The notes under the pieces: generated by a model | What the model saw: the letters and a program-made list of their open reading frames with translations, nothing else | Database searches by the model: none | Told to the model about the DNA's origin: nothing | Assembly (NCBI GenBank): GCA_964560535.1 | Contig: CAZLMD010000009.1 | Span: 1 to 38,804 of the forward strand | Reading direction: 5' to 3' | DNA from: an uncultured Atribacterota bacterium | Lineage (GTDB): Bacteria; Atribacterota; Phoenicimicrobiia; Phoenicimicrobiales; Stramentimicrobiaceae | DNA length: 38,804 bases | Position numbers and translations under genes: made by a program | In this document: in pieces, positions 17,716 to 26,679 of the stretch | Numbering within the stretch: position 1 is the stretch's first letter | Layout: each line of letters begins with the position of its first letter

Positions 17716-18255
17716 ATGTTAGATGAAATAATTATTTCAGGATTTGGTGGCCAGGGCATTTTGTTAATGGGAAGATTAATTACCTATGCTGGTATGCTGG
17801 AGGGTAAACACGTAGCCTGGATGCCTTCTTATGGTCCAGAAATGAGGGGGGGTACCGCTAACTGTACCATTATTATTTCTACAGAAGAGGTTGCATCTCC
17901 AGTGGTTACTAATCCCATTTCTCTAATCGCTATGAACCAGCCATCTTTAGATAAATTCGAGCCTTTAGTTGAAAAAAATGGTATAATTATTGTCAATAAA
18001 TCGCTTGCTTCTAGGAATATTAATAGGGATGATGTTCAGGTGGTGGAGGTATTTGCTAACGATATTGCTAATGAGCTGGGTAATTTGAGAGTTGCCAATA
18101 TGGTTGCGCTGGGAAGCTATATTGCTAAAAGTAAAAGTGTAATGATGGAAACAGTATTTAAAGCTCTCGACCAGATATTGGATAAAAAATTGGACAGGAT
18201 TATCAAGTTAAATAAAGAAGCCCTGAAAAAAGGGGCAAACATCGTATCTGGTTAA
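17716..18255 (+). CDS. 2-oxoacid:ferredoxin oxidoreductase gamma subunit
   Basis: 179 aa. Shows GFGGQGILLMGRL ... YGPEMRGGTANC, typical of OFOR gamma subunits. The ATG abuts the beta stop. Confidence 0.9.
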   Translation: MLDEIIISGFGGQGILLMGRLITYAGMLEGKHVAWMPSYGPEMRGGTANCTIIISTEEVASPVVTNPISLIAMNQPSLDKFEPLVEKNGIIIVNKSLASRNINRDDVQVVEVFANDIANELGNLRVANMVALGSYIAKSKSVMMETVFKALDQILDKKLDRIIKLNKEALKKGANIVSG

Positions 18256-18529
18256 GTGATTTAATAGTTTTTTTGTTATCTTACTTAACCTTATTATTAT
18301 GATTCTAATTAGATATAATTATCTATTATTTTAATTGCTGTAGAAAGATAATGAATGTTCTTGTAGGAATTGTTGCCTTTTAGGCTAAAAAAATGCCTTT
18401 AATGCAAAAAGTAGTCTCATTATAAAAGCATTTTAGTTCATCTAATAATGTTTAAGTTAAATATTATTTTGACAGTAACTTTGATATTTATTAACATAGA
18501 TATAGTTTAATATTAAGGAGATCTTCCCT

Positions 18530-19303
18530 ATGGATGATGATATGACAATATTGGAAGCCAGAGGTTTGTATAAATCTTTTGGTGGTTTGCAAGCATTAAA
18601 AAATATCAATATTAAAGTTAAAAAAAATCAAATACATGGACTAATTGGCCCTAATGGAGCAGGTAAGTCAACTTTTTTTAATGTAGTTTCTGGACTATAT
18701 CCATCAACTGAAGGGAGTATAATTTTTAACTCATCAGATATAACACATCTACCAGCTGAGGAAATTAATAAAATGGGCATTAGTCGAACATTTCAAGCGG
18801 GAAAGCTAGTATCCAATATAACAGTATTAGACAATGTAATGTCGGGACTGTACCATCCCAGTCCTAACCCTGTTAGATTATTTTTTTTACAACCGATACA
18901 ATTTAAAAACCAGGAGAGAGATGTCAAACTAAACGCTTTAGAAATGTTAAAATTTATTGGTATACCAGATTTTGCCGATCGCTGGACCAGTGAATTAGTC
19001 TGGGTAGAGCGCCAGTTAGTTCAAATTGCCCGTGCTTTGATGTCCAGACCCAGCTTGTTGATGCTTGATGAGCCAACCTCTGGAATGGGAATTGAGGAAT
19101 CGAAAGCAGTAATGGATATCATTAGACGGATAAGGGATATGGGGATTACTGTTATTGTTGTGAGCCATGATATGAACCTGATAACAGAGATCTCGGATTG
19201 GATTACTGTTTTTGATTTTGGGAACAAAATTAGCGAAGGAGATCCTCTTCAAATACAGAAGGATCCTAAAGTATTGGAGGCATACCTTGGAGAAGAAAAA
19301 TAG
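18530..19303 (+). CDS. livG: Branched-chain amino acid ABC transporter ATP-binding protein (LivG type)
   Basis: 257 aa with Walker A GPNGAGKST and Walker B LLMLDEPTSG. The C-terminal KVLEAYLG is typical of LivG. Confidence 0.88.
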   Translation: MDDDMTILEARGLYKSFGGLQALKNINIKVKKNQIHGLIGPNGAGKSTFFNVVSGLYPSTEGSIIFNSSDITHLPAEEINKMGISRTFQAGKLVSNITVLDNVMSGLYHPSPNPVRLFFLQPIQFKNQERDVKLNALEMLKFIGIPDFADRWTSELVWVERQLVQIARALMSRPSLLMLDEPTSGMGIEESKAVMDIIRRIRDMGITVIVVSHDMNLITEISDWITVFDFGNKISEGDPLQIQKDPKVLEAYLGEEK

Positions 19304-20006
19304 TATATTAAACGTTGAAAATCTTTCAGTAGCATATGGACCCATAAAAGCTGTTAAAGGTGTTGACCTTAATATAGATCAGGGAGAATGTGTCGCTCTT
19401 ATTGGAGCAAATGGGGCAGGTAAAACATCTTTATTAAAGGCAATACTAGGAATAAAAAAACCTGAAAAAGGAAGCGTATCTTTCCTTAACCAGGAAATTA
19501 CCGGTAACTCTACTGATAAGATTGTAAGTTCTGGTTTAAGTCTTATCCCAGAAGGGCATGTAATATTTACTTCAATGACAGTTTTGGAAAATCTCCAAAT
19601 AGGAGCTTATCAAAATATGTCCAGCTTTGAAGAAAACCTGGAGAGGATATTCGGCTACTTCCCTATTTTAAAAAAAAGGAGTAATCAGATTGCTGGAACT
19701 TTAAGTGGTGGAGAACAGCAAATGTTATCTATGGGAAGAGCATTAATGTCTAAACCAAAATTAATAATGGTAGACGAACCATCTCTCGGGTTAGCCCCAA
19801 AGATAGTTACAGATATTTTCAAAATTCTTGTAGAGCTTAACGGAGAAGGTTATTCAATCCTTTTAGCTGAACAGAATGCTAAAAAGGCCTTAGAATGTAG
19901 TAATCGTTGTTATGTAATGAAGACTGGTGAAATTGCAATGTCTGGTTTTTCTGAAGATTTGATAGATGATCCGAAAATTCGTAAGGCTTATCTTGGTGGA
20001 GTCTAA
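19287..20006 (+). CDS. livF: Branched-chain amino acid ABC transporter ATP-binding protein (LivF type)
   Basis: Contains Walker A GANGAGKTS, signature LSGGEQQM, Walker B LIMVDEPSLG, and a C-terminal KIRKAYLG. Start chosen at TTG 19287, 6 nt after GGAGG, overlapping the livG end by 17 nt. Confidence 0.85.
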   Translation: MEKKNSILNVENLSVAYGPIKAVKGVDLNIDQGECVALIGANGAGKTSLLKAILGIKKPEKGSVSFLNQEITGNSTDKIVSSGLSLIPEGHVIFTSMTVLENLQIGAYQNMSSFEENLERIFGYFPILKKRSNQIAGTLSGGEQQMLSMGRALMSKPKLIMVDEPSLGLAPKIVTDIFKILVELNGEGYSILLAEQNAKKALECSNRCYVMKTGEIAMSGFSEDLIDDPKIRKAYLGGV

Positions 20007-20057
20007 TCGTCTAATTTTATTAAAATATTGTACTGTATCTTTCTAGGAGAGGAATTT

Positions 20058-20933
20058 ATGGAAATATTTATAGCACAATTAATAAGTGGATTAGCGTTAG
20101 GTAGTATCTATGTTCTACTTGTTACGGGATTTAACTTAATGCTTTTAGTTGCTAAAATTATTCAATTCGCATACCCCCAGATAGTGGTTGTATCGATGTA
20201 TACTTGCTGGTGGTTTTTGAAATTAACAAATAATAAATTGTTAATTATTCTAGCTGGAATATCCGTATCGGTAATTTTAAGTTTGTTGAGTGAGCCAATT
20301 TTTAGAAAGATTAACAGCACCGAAGGTGTTGATATAAATGCTTCATTTATTGCTTCAATGGGAATATCAATGATTATGATGGATATTATGTCCCATTCTA
20401 TCAACTATGGTTTTCCCGTGGCTTTTCCAGCTAAATGGGTTGGTGGCAATATATTTGGTTTTGGTTTAATTACTGTTTCTAAGGGGCAACTATTTGCATT
20501 AGTTGGTGGAATTATTGCTGTTTTAGTATTCTTTTATCTACTTTATAAAACGAATCAAGGCAGGTTTTTTAGAGCAATTGCCGAAAATCGTTTTGCTGCC
20601 GGCTTAGTAGGAATCCCAATCATCAAGACTAGTATTTTTAGCTATTTAATTGTTGGTATTTTAGGTGGATTTTCTGCAGTATTGTTCTCAATGCTTATTG
20701 GTTCAGCATCTCCCTGGTTAGGAGAATTTGTTGCTTTAAAAATGTTAGCAGTATCCATTGTAGCTGGCTTAGGAAACCTACAGGGTGGATTGGTTTGTGG
20801 ATTGCTATTGGGAATCATTGAAGCCATGGCTATTGGCTATTTTTCCGGGTCATGGTCTAATGTTATTGCATTTGTGATAATGTTAATTGTAGTGTTGATG
20901 AAGCCCGGAGGGCTATTCGGTATCAAAATTTAG
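20058..20933 (+). CDS. livH: Branched-chain amino acid ABC transporter permease (LivH type)
   Basis: Polytopic membrane protein starting MEIFIAQLISGLALGSIYVLL, as in LivH. Start at ATG 20058 after an AGGAGAGG RBS. Confidence 0.85.
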   Translation: MEIFIAQLISGLALGSIYVLLVTGFNLMLLVAKIIQFAYPQIVVVSMYTCWWFLKLTNNKLLIILAGISVSVILSLLSEPIFRKINSTEGVDINASFIASMGISMIMMDIMSHSINYGFPVAFPAKWVGGNIFGFGLITVSKGQLFALVGGIIAVLVFFYLLYKTNQGRFFRAIAENRFAAGLVGIPIIKTSIFSYLIVGILGGFSAVLFSMLIGSASPWLGEFVALKMLAVSIVAGLGNLQGGLVCGLLLGIIEAMAIGYFSGSWSNVIAFVIMLIVVLMKPGGLFGIKI

Positions 20934-20967
20934 AAAGACGAGATAACAAAAATTAAGGAGGCTAATA

Positions 20968-21822
20968 TTGTCAGAAGTTTTATATTACTTTTTGGGCTTT
21001 GCTGCAATTTATGTTTTAATGGGATGGGCACTCTATTTGCCTTACAGGGTAGGACAGCTTAACTTTTTAATTGTAGCTTGTATGGCAATTACAGCCTATT
21101 TTGGCGGCTTTGTTGCGAGGGAATGGGGTTGGCCATTTATTGTAATTTTACCTTTGGGAATATTAATCGGTGCCACAATTGCCTTTATATTTTCTTTGGC
21201 TATAGGAGATGCGCCCTGTTTTACAGTTGTTATTGTTGGTCTTACTTCTGTTTTCATTGTAAAAACAGTTATTGAGAACTGGAAAAGATTGGGCGGTACC
21301 ATCGGTTTTTTTCATATTCCAGATGTAAATAATATGTTGCTAATCATTTATGGATTATTAATTCTAGTTGGTGTATTAATATATAAGATTGATCATTCAA
21401 GATGGGGAAGGGCGGCATCAGTAGTCTTTATAGATAAGGATGTTGCTGTAACTCTGGGGATTGACATTAAGAAATTAGGAATATTTTTTCAAATTATTTC
21501 CTGCTCTATAGCTGGGATGGCTGGAATTCTAGATGCCTTTTTAGTAAAAAGCCTTTCTCCGGAATTTTTTACTTTCAGTATGATTGGTTATTTAATGTGT
21601 CTATTATTTGTTGGGGGGTATACCACCATGTGGGGAGTTATTCTTTCTGCCTTCTTTTTACAAGGGATTCCTTTAATGTTTCCCAGCTCTATAGCTTCCT
21701 GGCGTCAGGTTATATATGGGGCTTTACTGGTAATAATCATATTGTTAAGACCGGAGGGGCTAATTACCCGAAAAATGTTGTGGAGTATAAAGCCAAAAAA
21801 TACCACAACTTTAACTAATTAG
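20968..21822 (+). CDS. livM: Branched-chain amino acid ABC transporter permease (LivM type)
   Basis: 284 aa polytopic membrane protein directly after livH. TTG start follows an AAGGAGG RBS. Confidence 0.82.
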   Translation: MSEVLYYFLGFAAIYVLMGWALYLPYRVGQLNFLIVACMAITAYFGGFVAREWGWPFIVILPLGILIGATIAFIFSLAIGDAPCFTVVIVGLTSVFIVKTVIENWKRLGGTIGFFHIPDVNNMLLIIYGLLILVGVLIYKIDHSRWGRAASVVFIDKDVAVTLGIDIKKLGIFFQIISCSIAGMAGILDAFLVKSLSPEFFTFSMIGYLMCLLFVGGYTTMWGVILSAFFLQGIPLMFPSSIASWRQVIYGALLVIIILLRPEGLITRKMLWSIKPKNTTTLTN

Positions 21823-22024
21823 AATAAAACGTCAAAGATATTGTCAAATATATTATGAAAGTATGTCTTAATAAGGAACAACCTTAAAAACCTAGAGGGA
21901 TAGAAGAATCCCAGGAGAGAGGAGGAAAATTTTAATAAATAATCAATATATTTCTTAAGAATATTAAATTTAAAACAATTTGAGCTGTGAGATTAAAAAA
22001 ACAAATTAAGAGGAGGATGTTAGA

Positions 22025-23203
22025 ATGAAATATAAAGTTTGGCGTATATTGGGTATTCTAATATTGTTGATTGGCATTATTTCTATTTCAACCCTGAATA
22101 TTTTTGGCCAAGAAGTTAAAGTTAAGGAATGGAATATACCTTTCTTGAACACCATAACTGGCCCAATTGCGAGTATTGGTGAGTACATGTCCTGGAGTGC
22201 TAACAGGGCTGCTGAGGAAATAAATGCTGCAGGAGGAGTAAGGGGAGTACCTATTAAAATTGATATTATTGATACTGGTGTAGATAAAGATAAGGCAATG
22301 GAAGAGATGGCCAAATTGGTTGACTCGGCATTGGTAGTTATGGGTCCTGTGCCAGAAGCCTGTATCATGGCAGCAGTTCCTATTGCGGTAAAGGCAGGCT
22401 TGTTTAGTATGGTTTCTTCAACCAGTTATGAATACGCTGTTGAGTATTTCCCATGGACCCTTTCCTGGTATCCTATAACAGAAGAAAAGCTGCCACCTAT
22501 CACCGCTGCATGGGCAAATTTACATCCAGATATGAAAACAGTAGTACAATTTGTTGAAAACTGGGCTGCCTGGCCACCAATGGCTGAAGCACATGCAATT
22601 GGCTTAGAATCTGCTGGAGTAAAGATGCTATCACAGGTTGATGTTCCTACTGATGCAATAATGTTCGAACCATTAGTATTAAAAGCTCTTGCTCAGAAAC
22701 CTGATGGAATTATGTTGACCTGTAATTCAGAAAAAGCAGCAAAAATAATTATTGAATTGGAAAAGAAAGGGTGGAATGACAAGGCAAAGATTTTAGTTTT
22801 TAGTAGTGCTGATGATACAGCACTGTATACAACAGGTGGAGACAGTTTAGAAGGAGTATCTATATACAATTACATTGATTTAAACCTTGATGACCCTCGT
22901 TGGCAGGCATTTAGAGAAGCATACAAAAAAGATCATGATGGTATAGAGCCTGCTTCTCTTTCTACAAATTACTATGATAGTGTTTATATGATAAAAGAAG
23001 CTCTTGAAAATATGGAAATAACTGGCGATCCCGCCAAATTAACTGAAGAAAGAGTCAAGATAAGAGACTATTGCAGAAATGTAAAGGGCTTTAAAGGTAT
23101 TCAATTGACATGGGATATGACTGATGGAGTACCTACCGGCAAGGGAACCTTTTTATTCGAAATAGAGAACGGAGAAAAAGTATTTCGTGCAATGGCTAAA
23201 TAA
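22025..23203 (+). CDS. ABC transporter substrate-binding protein, LIV/amide (type I periplasmic binding fold) family
   Basis: 392 aa with an N-terminal anchor/signal. The sequence GPIASIGEYMSWSANRAAEEINAAGGVRGVPIKIDIIDTG is typical of Leu/Ile/Val-binding proteins. Confidence 0.85.
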   Translation: MKYKVWRILGILILLIGIISISTLNIFGQEVKVKEWNIPFLNTITGPIASIGEYMSWSANRAAEEINAAGGVRGVPIKIDIIDTGVDKDKAMEEMAKLVDSALVVMGPVPEACIMAAVPIAVKAGLFSMVSSTSYEYAVEYFPWTLSWYPITEEKLPPITAAWANLHPDMKTVVQFVENWAAWPPMAEAHAIGLESAGVKMLSQVDVPTDAIMFEPLVLKALAQKPDGIMLTCNSEKAAKIIIELEKKGWNDKAKILVFSSADDTALYTTGGDSLEGVSIYNYIDLNLDDPRWQAFREAYKKDHDGIEPASLSTNYYDSVYMIKEALENMEITGDPAKLTEERVKIRDYCRNVKGFKGIQLTWDMTDGVPTGKGTFLFEIENGEKVFRAMAK

Positions 23204-23270
23204 TGTTTGGCAACTAAGCGTTGTGTTGTAAATTAACTAAATAGGATATTTGTTGTTTTTATGATTAAGT

Positions 23271-23315
23271 TAATCCCCTCTACTTTTATAAAATATTATT
23301 GGGTAGAGGGGATTA
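23271..23315 (+). terminator. Long hairpin downstream of the binding-protein gene (possible terminator)
   Basis: A 13-bp perfect stem TAATCCCCTCTAC / GTAGAGGGGATTA with a 19-nt loop. No clean T-tract follows. Confidence 0.45.
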
Positions 23316-23349
23316 TTAAAATAAATCAAGGAGATAATAAATAAATAAA

Positions 23350-24579
23350 TTGTCTATTTCAAAATATAATAATGTTATTAACCATATCGATGAAGCCGGG
23401 GTTGTTCAGTTTACTCAGGATTTAGTGAGGATAAAAAGTGTTTTTCATCCTGAAAAAAAAGGATTTAATGAAGAAAGGGTGGCCCACTTTGTTGCAGAGG
23501 AATTAGAGAGTATGGGTGCACAAGTTTTTATTGAAGAGGTAGCGCCTGGAAGGCCAAATGTTATTGCGATTATAAAAGGAAAGCAAGATGGTAAAAGGTT
23601 ATTGTTTGAAGCACATACAGACGTTGTAACTGAAGGCAATCCAGATGAATGGGATTATCCTCCATTTGAAGCTGTTATTAGTGAAGGCAAGATTTATGGG
23701 AGAGGGGCTTGTGATACCAAAGGCAATTTAGCAGCCATGATATATGCGGTTAAAGCCATAATTAATTCAAAAGTAGATTTTAATGGAGATATTATTCTAT
23801 GTATTCCAGTTGATGAAGAAGGCATGATGTTAGGCATTAAGCATTTTATAAAAAGAGGTTGGGCTGATGAAGTTGATGCAGCAGTTATCTGTGAGCCTGA
23901 AGAGAATAATATCTGTATTTATCAAAAAGGTGCCATTAGAATAAAAATAACTGCTAAAGGAAAAATGTCTCATGGTGCAATGCCAGAAGCAGGTATTAAT
24001 CCAAACTGGCGTATGGCAAAAATAATTATTGAATTGGAAAAATTAGAAAAAAAAGAAAAAAAGAGGTTGGGCAAACATAAATATTTAGGATATCCCAGCT
24101 TTACTCCTACAATATTGAAGGCGCCTGTTTATGGTGAAGCACAAATAAATGTTATTCCACAAGATTGCATGTCAACCATTGATATCAGGACTGTTCCAGG
24201 GCAAGAGCATGAGGAAATAAAAAATTCTATTCTTGAAATATTTCAAAGGCTTTCTAAAGATGATACTGATTTTCAGGCAGTTATGGAAGTTATAGAAGAA
24301 CGACCCTGGACAGAGACTATGCCTGATGAGCCAATAGTAAAAGCTATACACAAAGCTGTAGAGCATGTAAGCAAAGACAATCCTATTTATAATGGTGTTC
24401 CGGGGGCAACAGATGGTACTTTTTTGAACGCCTGGAAAAATATTCCTATTGTAACAATTGGTGCTGGAGACAGATTAATTCCACATCAGGTGAATGAATA
24501 TGTTGAAATTGAAGAATTAATTGAAACCGTTAAAATATTTGCACTTTCAGCAATGTATTTTCTAAATGAAGAAGTGTAA
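23350..24579 (+). CDS. M20 family metallopeptidase (ArgE/DapE/acetylornithine deacetylase-like)
   Basis: 409 aa. Shows LLFEAHTDVV, GRGACDTKG and DEEG motifs typical of M20 peptidases. The TTG start is uncertain. Confidence 0.85.
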   Translation: MSISKYNNVINHIDEAGVVQFTQDLVRIKSVFHPEKKGFNEERVAHFVAEELESMGAQVFIEEVAPGRPNVIAIIKGKQDGKRLLFEAHTDVVTEGNPDEWDYPPFEAVISEGKIYGRGACDTKGNLAAMIYAVKAIINSKVDFNGDIILCIPVDEEGMMLGIKHFIKRGWADEVDAAVICEPEENNICIYQKGAIRIKITAKGKMSHGAMPEAGINPNWRMAKIIIELEKLEKKEKKRLGKHKYLGYPSFTPTILKAPVYGEAQINVIPQDCMSTIDIRTVPGQEHEEIKNSILEIFQRLSKDDTDFQAVMEVIEERPWTETMPDEPIVKAIHKAVEHVSKDNPIYNGVPGATDGTFLNAWKNIPIVTIGAGDRLIPHQVNEYVEIEELIETVKIFALSAMYFLNEEV

Positions 24580-24620
24580 CAGCCAATCTTTAAGATTTAT
24601 TTAAATATCTTACAAAAGGA

Positions 24621-25640
24621 GTGATAAACCTGAAAGATTTAAATAACCAAAGAATATGGAAAAATTCTATTACTGATGTTCCAGGAGTGAAAGTAGGTCA
24701 TAGCCAGGATCTAAAGAGTGGTACCGGGTGTACAGTGGTGATTTTTGAAAAAGGGGCTATTACAGGAGTTGATGTAAGGGGTGGTGCTCCCGGTACACGA
24801 GAAACGGATCTGCTGAACCCTGTTAATATGATAGAAAAGGCTCAAGCTATTTATTTAAGCGGAGGAAGTGCTTTCGGCCTAGATGGGGTAACAGGGGTTA
24901 TGCAATATTTAGAAAATCAAGGAATAGGGTTTGATGTGGGATTTACCAAAGTTCCTATAGTGCCCGCTGCAGTTCTTTTCGATCTTGGAGTTGGCGATTT
25001 TAAAGCAAGGCCTAACGCAGAGATGGGTTATAATGCCTGTATAAATGCTTCTAATGGTGAAGTTGAACAGGGCAATGTTGGAGCAGGAACAGGCGCAACA
25101 GTGGGAAAGGTACTTGGTAGTAAATACAGTATGAAAAGTGGCATAGGAACTTCGAGTATAAAGTATGGGGATTTGATAATAGGGGCTATAGTAGCAGTCA
25201 ATAGCTTTGGAGATATTATCGACCCCAAATATGGAAAAATAATAGCAGGTGCGTTAACAGAAGATAAAAGAAGATTTGTCAACACAATCTCTTATTTAAA
25301 AAAAAGTTCCATAACTCAAAATGATATTAAAGGGTTTCCTTCAAATACTACTATCGGCCTAATAGTTACAAATGCAAAGATATCAAAGGCAGGTGCAACT
25401 AAAATCGCTATGATGGCACAAAACGGTTTGGCGAGAACAATTGTTCCAGTACATACAATGTTTGATGGGGATACAATTTTTTGTTCTGGTACCTGCGCAG
25501 TAGATGCAGATATAAATTTGATTGGAATATTTGCTGCTGATTTAATGGCTCAATCTGTTATTAATGCAGTAAAAAATGCTGAATCGTTATATGGCCTACC
25601 TAGCTATAAAGAATTACTGCAATCTCCTAAAAATGAATAG
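24621..25640 (+). CDS. P1/S58 family peptidase (DmpA/BapA-like aminopeptidase, Ntn-type)
   Basis: 339 aa. Contains VPGVKVGH, SGTGCTVV, GGAPGTRETDLL and a putative self-cleavage region SNTTIGLIVTNA. The GTG start is uncertain because the RBS abuts it. Confidence 0.82.
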   Translation: MINLKDLNNQRIWKNSITDVPGVKVGHSQDLKSGTGCTVVIFEKGAITGVDVRGGAPGTRETDLLNPVNMIEKAQAIYLSGGSAFGLDGVTGVMQYLENQGIGFDVGFTKVPIVPAAVLFDLGVGDFKARPNAEMGYNACINASNGEVEQGNVGAGTGATVGKVLGSKYSMKSGIGTSSIKYGDLIIGAIVAVNSFGDIIDPKYGKIIAGALTEDKRRFVNTISYLKKSSITQNDIKGFPSNTTIGLIVTNAKISKAGATKIAMMAQNGLARTIVPVHTMFDGDTIFCSGTCAVDADINLIGIFAADLMAQSVINAVKNAESLYGLPSYKELLQSPKNE

Positions 25641-25728
25641 TTAATAAATTAAAAAACACTATTTTATGCTTATGGAGATATAGAGATCATTTAATTATTT
25701 GTTAAAAATAAAAAATATAGGTGTATTT

Positions 25729-26664
25729 ATGAAGATTATAATTGTTGGTGCTGGCGCCATGGGCTCACTCTTTGGAGGATTGCTTGCTGAAGCAGGAAAT
25801 CAAGTTTTTTTAATAGATATTTGGAAGGACCATGTGGATGCTATTAATAAAAAGGGATTATGGATTGAAGGATTTAGTGGAAATAGATTTGTTGAAATAA
25901 AAGCAGCTAATGAAATCAACGATATTGATGTGAAGCCAGATCTTTTAATATTTTTTGTCAAATCTTACAATACTGAGAAAGCAGCCAAAGAGGTTTGTCA
26001 ACTTATTGATAAGAGGGCTTCTGTATTGACGCTTCAAAATGGTTTGGGTAATATTGACATTTTGAGCAAGTACTTAGGCTCAGACAGAGTGATAGCGGGA
26101 GCAACTTCATATGGTGCCACAATAATAAGCCCTGGAAAAGTTTTTCATGCTGGATCCGGTCCGACTACTATTGGAGAATTAAATGGAAATATAACCATCA
26201 GAATCAAAGACATAGCTAACCTTTTTAGTCAATCAGGGATCAAAACTGATATTACTCAAAATGTATTAGGAGTAATATGGAGCAAATTAGTAATTAATGT
26301 AGGGATTAATGCCTTAGGGGTATTGCTTAATGTCAAAAATGGCGAATTAATAACAGGGGCTTTTGCACCAAAGTTACAAAATGATTTAATTGCAGAAGCA
26401 TTACTAATTGCCAAAAAGAAGGGGATAAGGCTTTTACATGAAGATATGAAAAAAGAAGTTATTACTATTTGTGAAAAAACAAAGGATAATCTGAACTCCA
26501 TGTTACAGGATGTTATAAAGAAAAGAAAAACAGAGATCGACTTTATTAATGGAGCAATAGTTGATGAGGGAAAGGCTTACAATATTTCTACGCCGGTAAA
26601 CGAGACAATTACTTATCTGATAAAAGCCATTGAAGAGAAATATGAAAATCGAATAATCAATTAA
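25729..26664 (+). CDS. panE: 2-dehydropantoate 2-reductase family (ketopantoate reductase, PanE/ApbA)
   Basis: Contains MKIIIVGAGAMGSLFGGLLA (Rossmann), LQNGLGN, WSKLVINVGINAL and the C-terminal TEIDFINGAIV motif. Start at ATG 25729. Confidence 0.85.
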   Translation: MKIIIVGAGAMGSLFGGLLAEAGNQVFLIDIWKDHVDAINKKGLWIEGFSGNRFVEIKAANEINDIDVKPDLLIFFVKSYNTEKAAKEVCQLIDKRASVLTLQNGLGNIDILSKYLGSDRVIAGATSYGATIISPGKVFHAGSGPTTIGELNGNITIRIKDIANLFSQSGIKTDITQNVLGVIWSKLVINVGINALGVLLNVKNGELITGAFAPKLQNDLIAEALLIAKKKGIRLLHEDMKKEVITICEKTKDNLNSMLQDVIKKRKTEIDFINGAIVDEGKAYNISTPVNETITYLIKAIEEKYENRIIN

Positions 26665-26679
26665 AAGGAGAAAGATCTT

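Noticed and set aside
23208-23223. Sigma-54-like TGGCAA...GC/TTG sequence after the binding-protein gene
   Set aside because: The spacing is wrong. The GC dinucleotide falls 3 nt too early relative to GG-N10-GC, and there is no TTGC at the -12 position.
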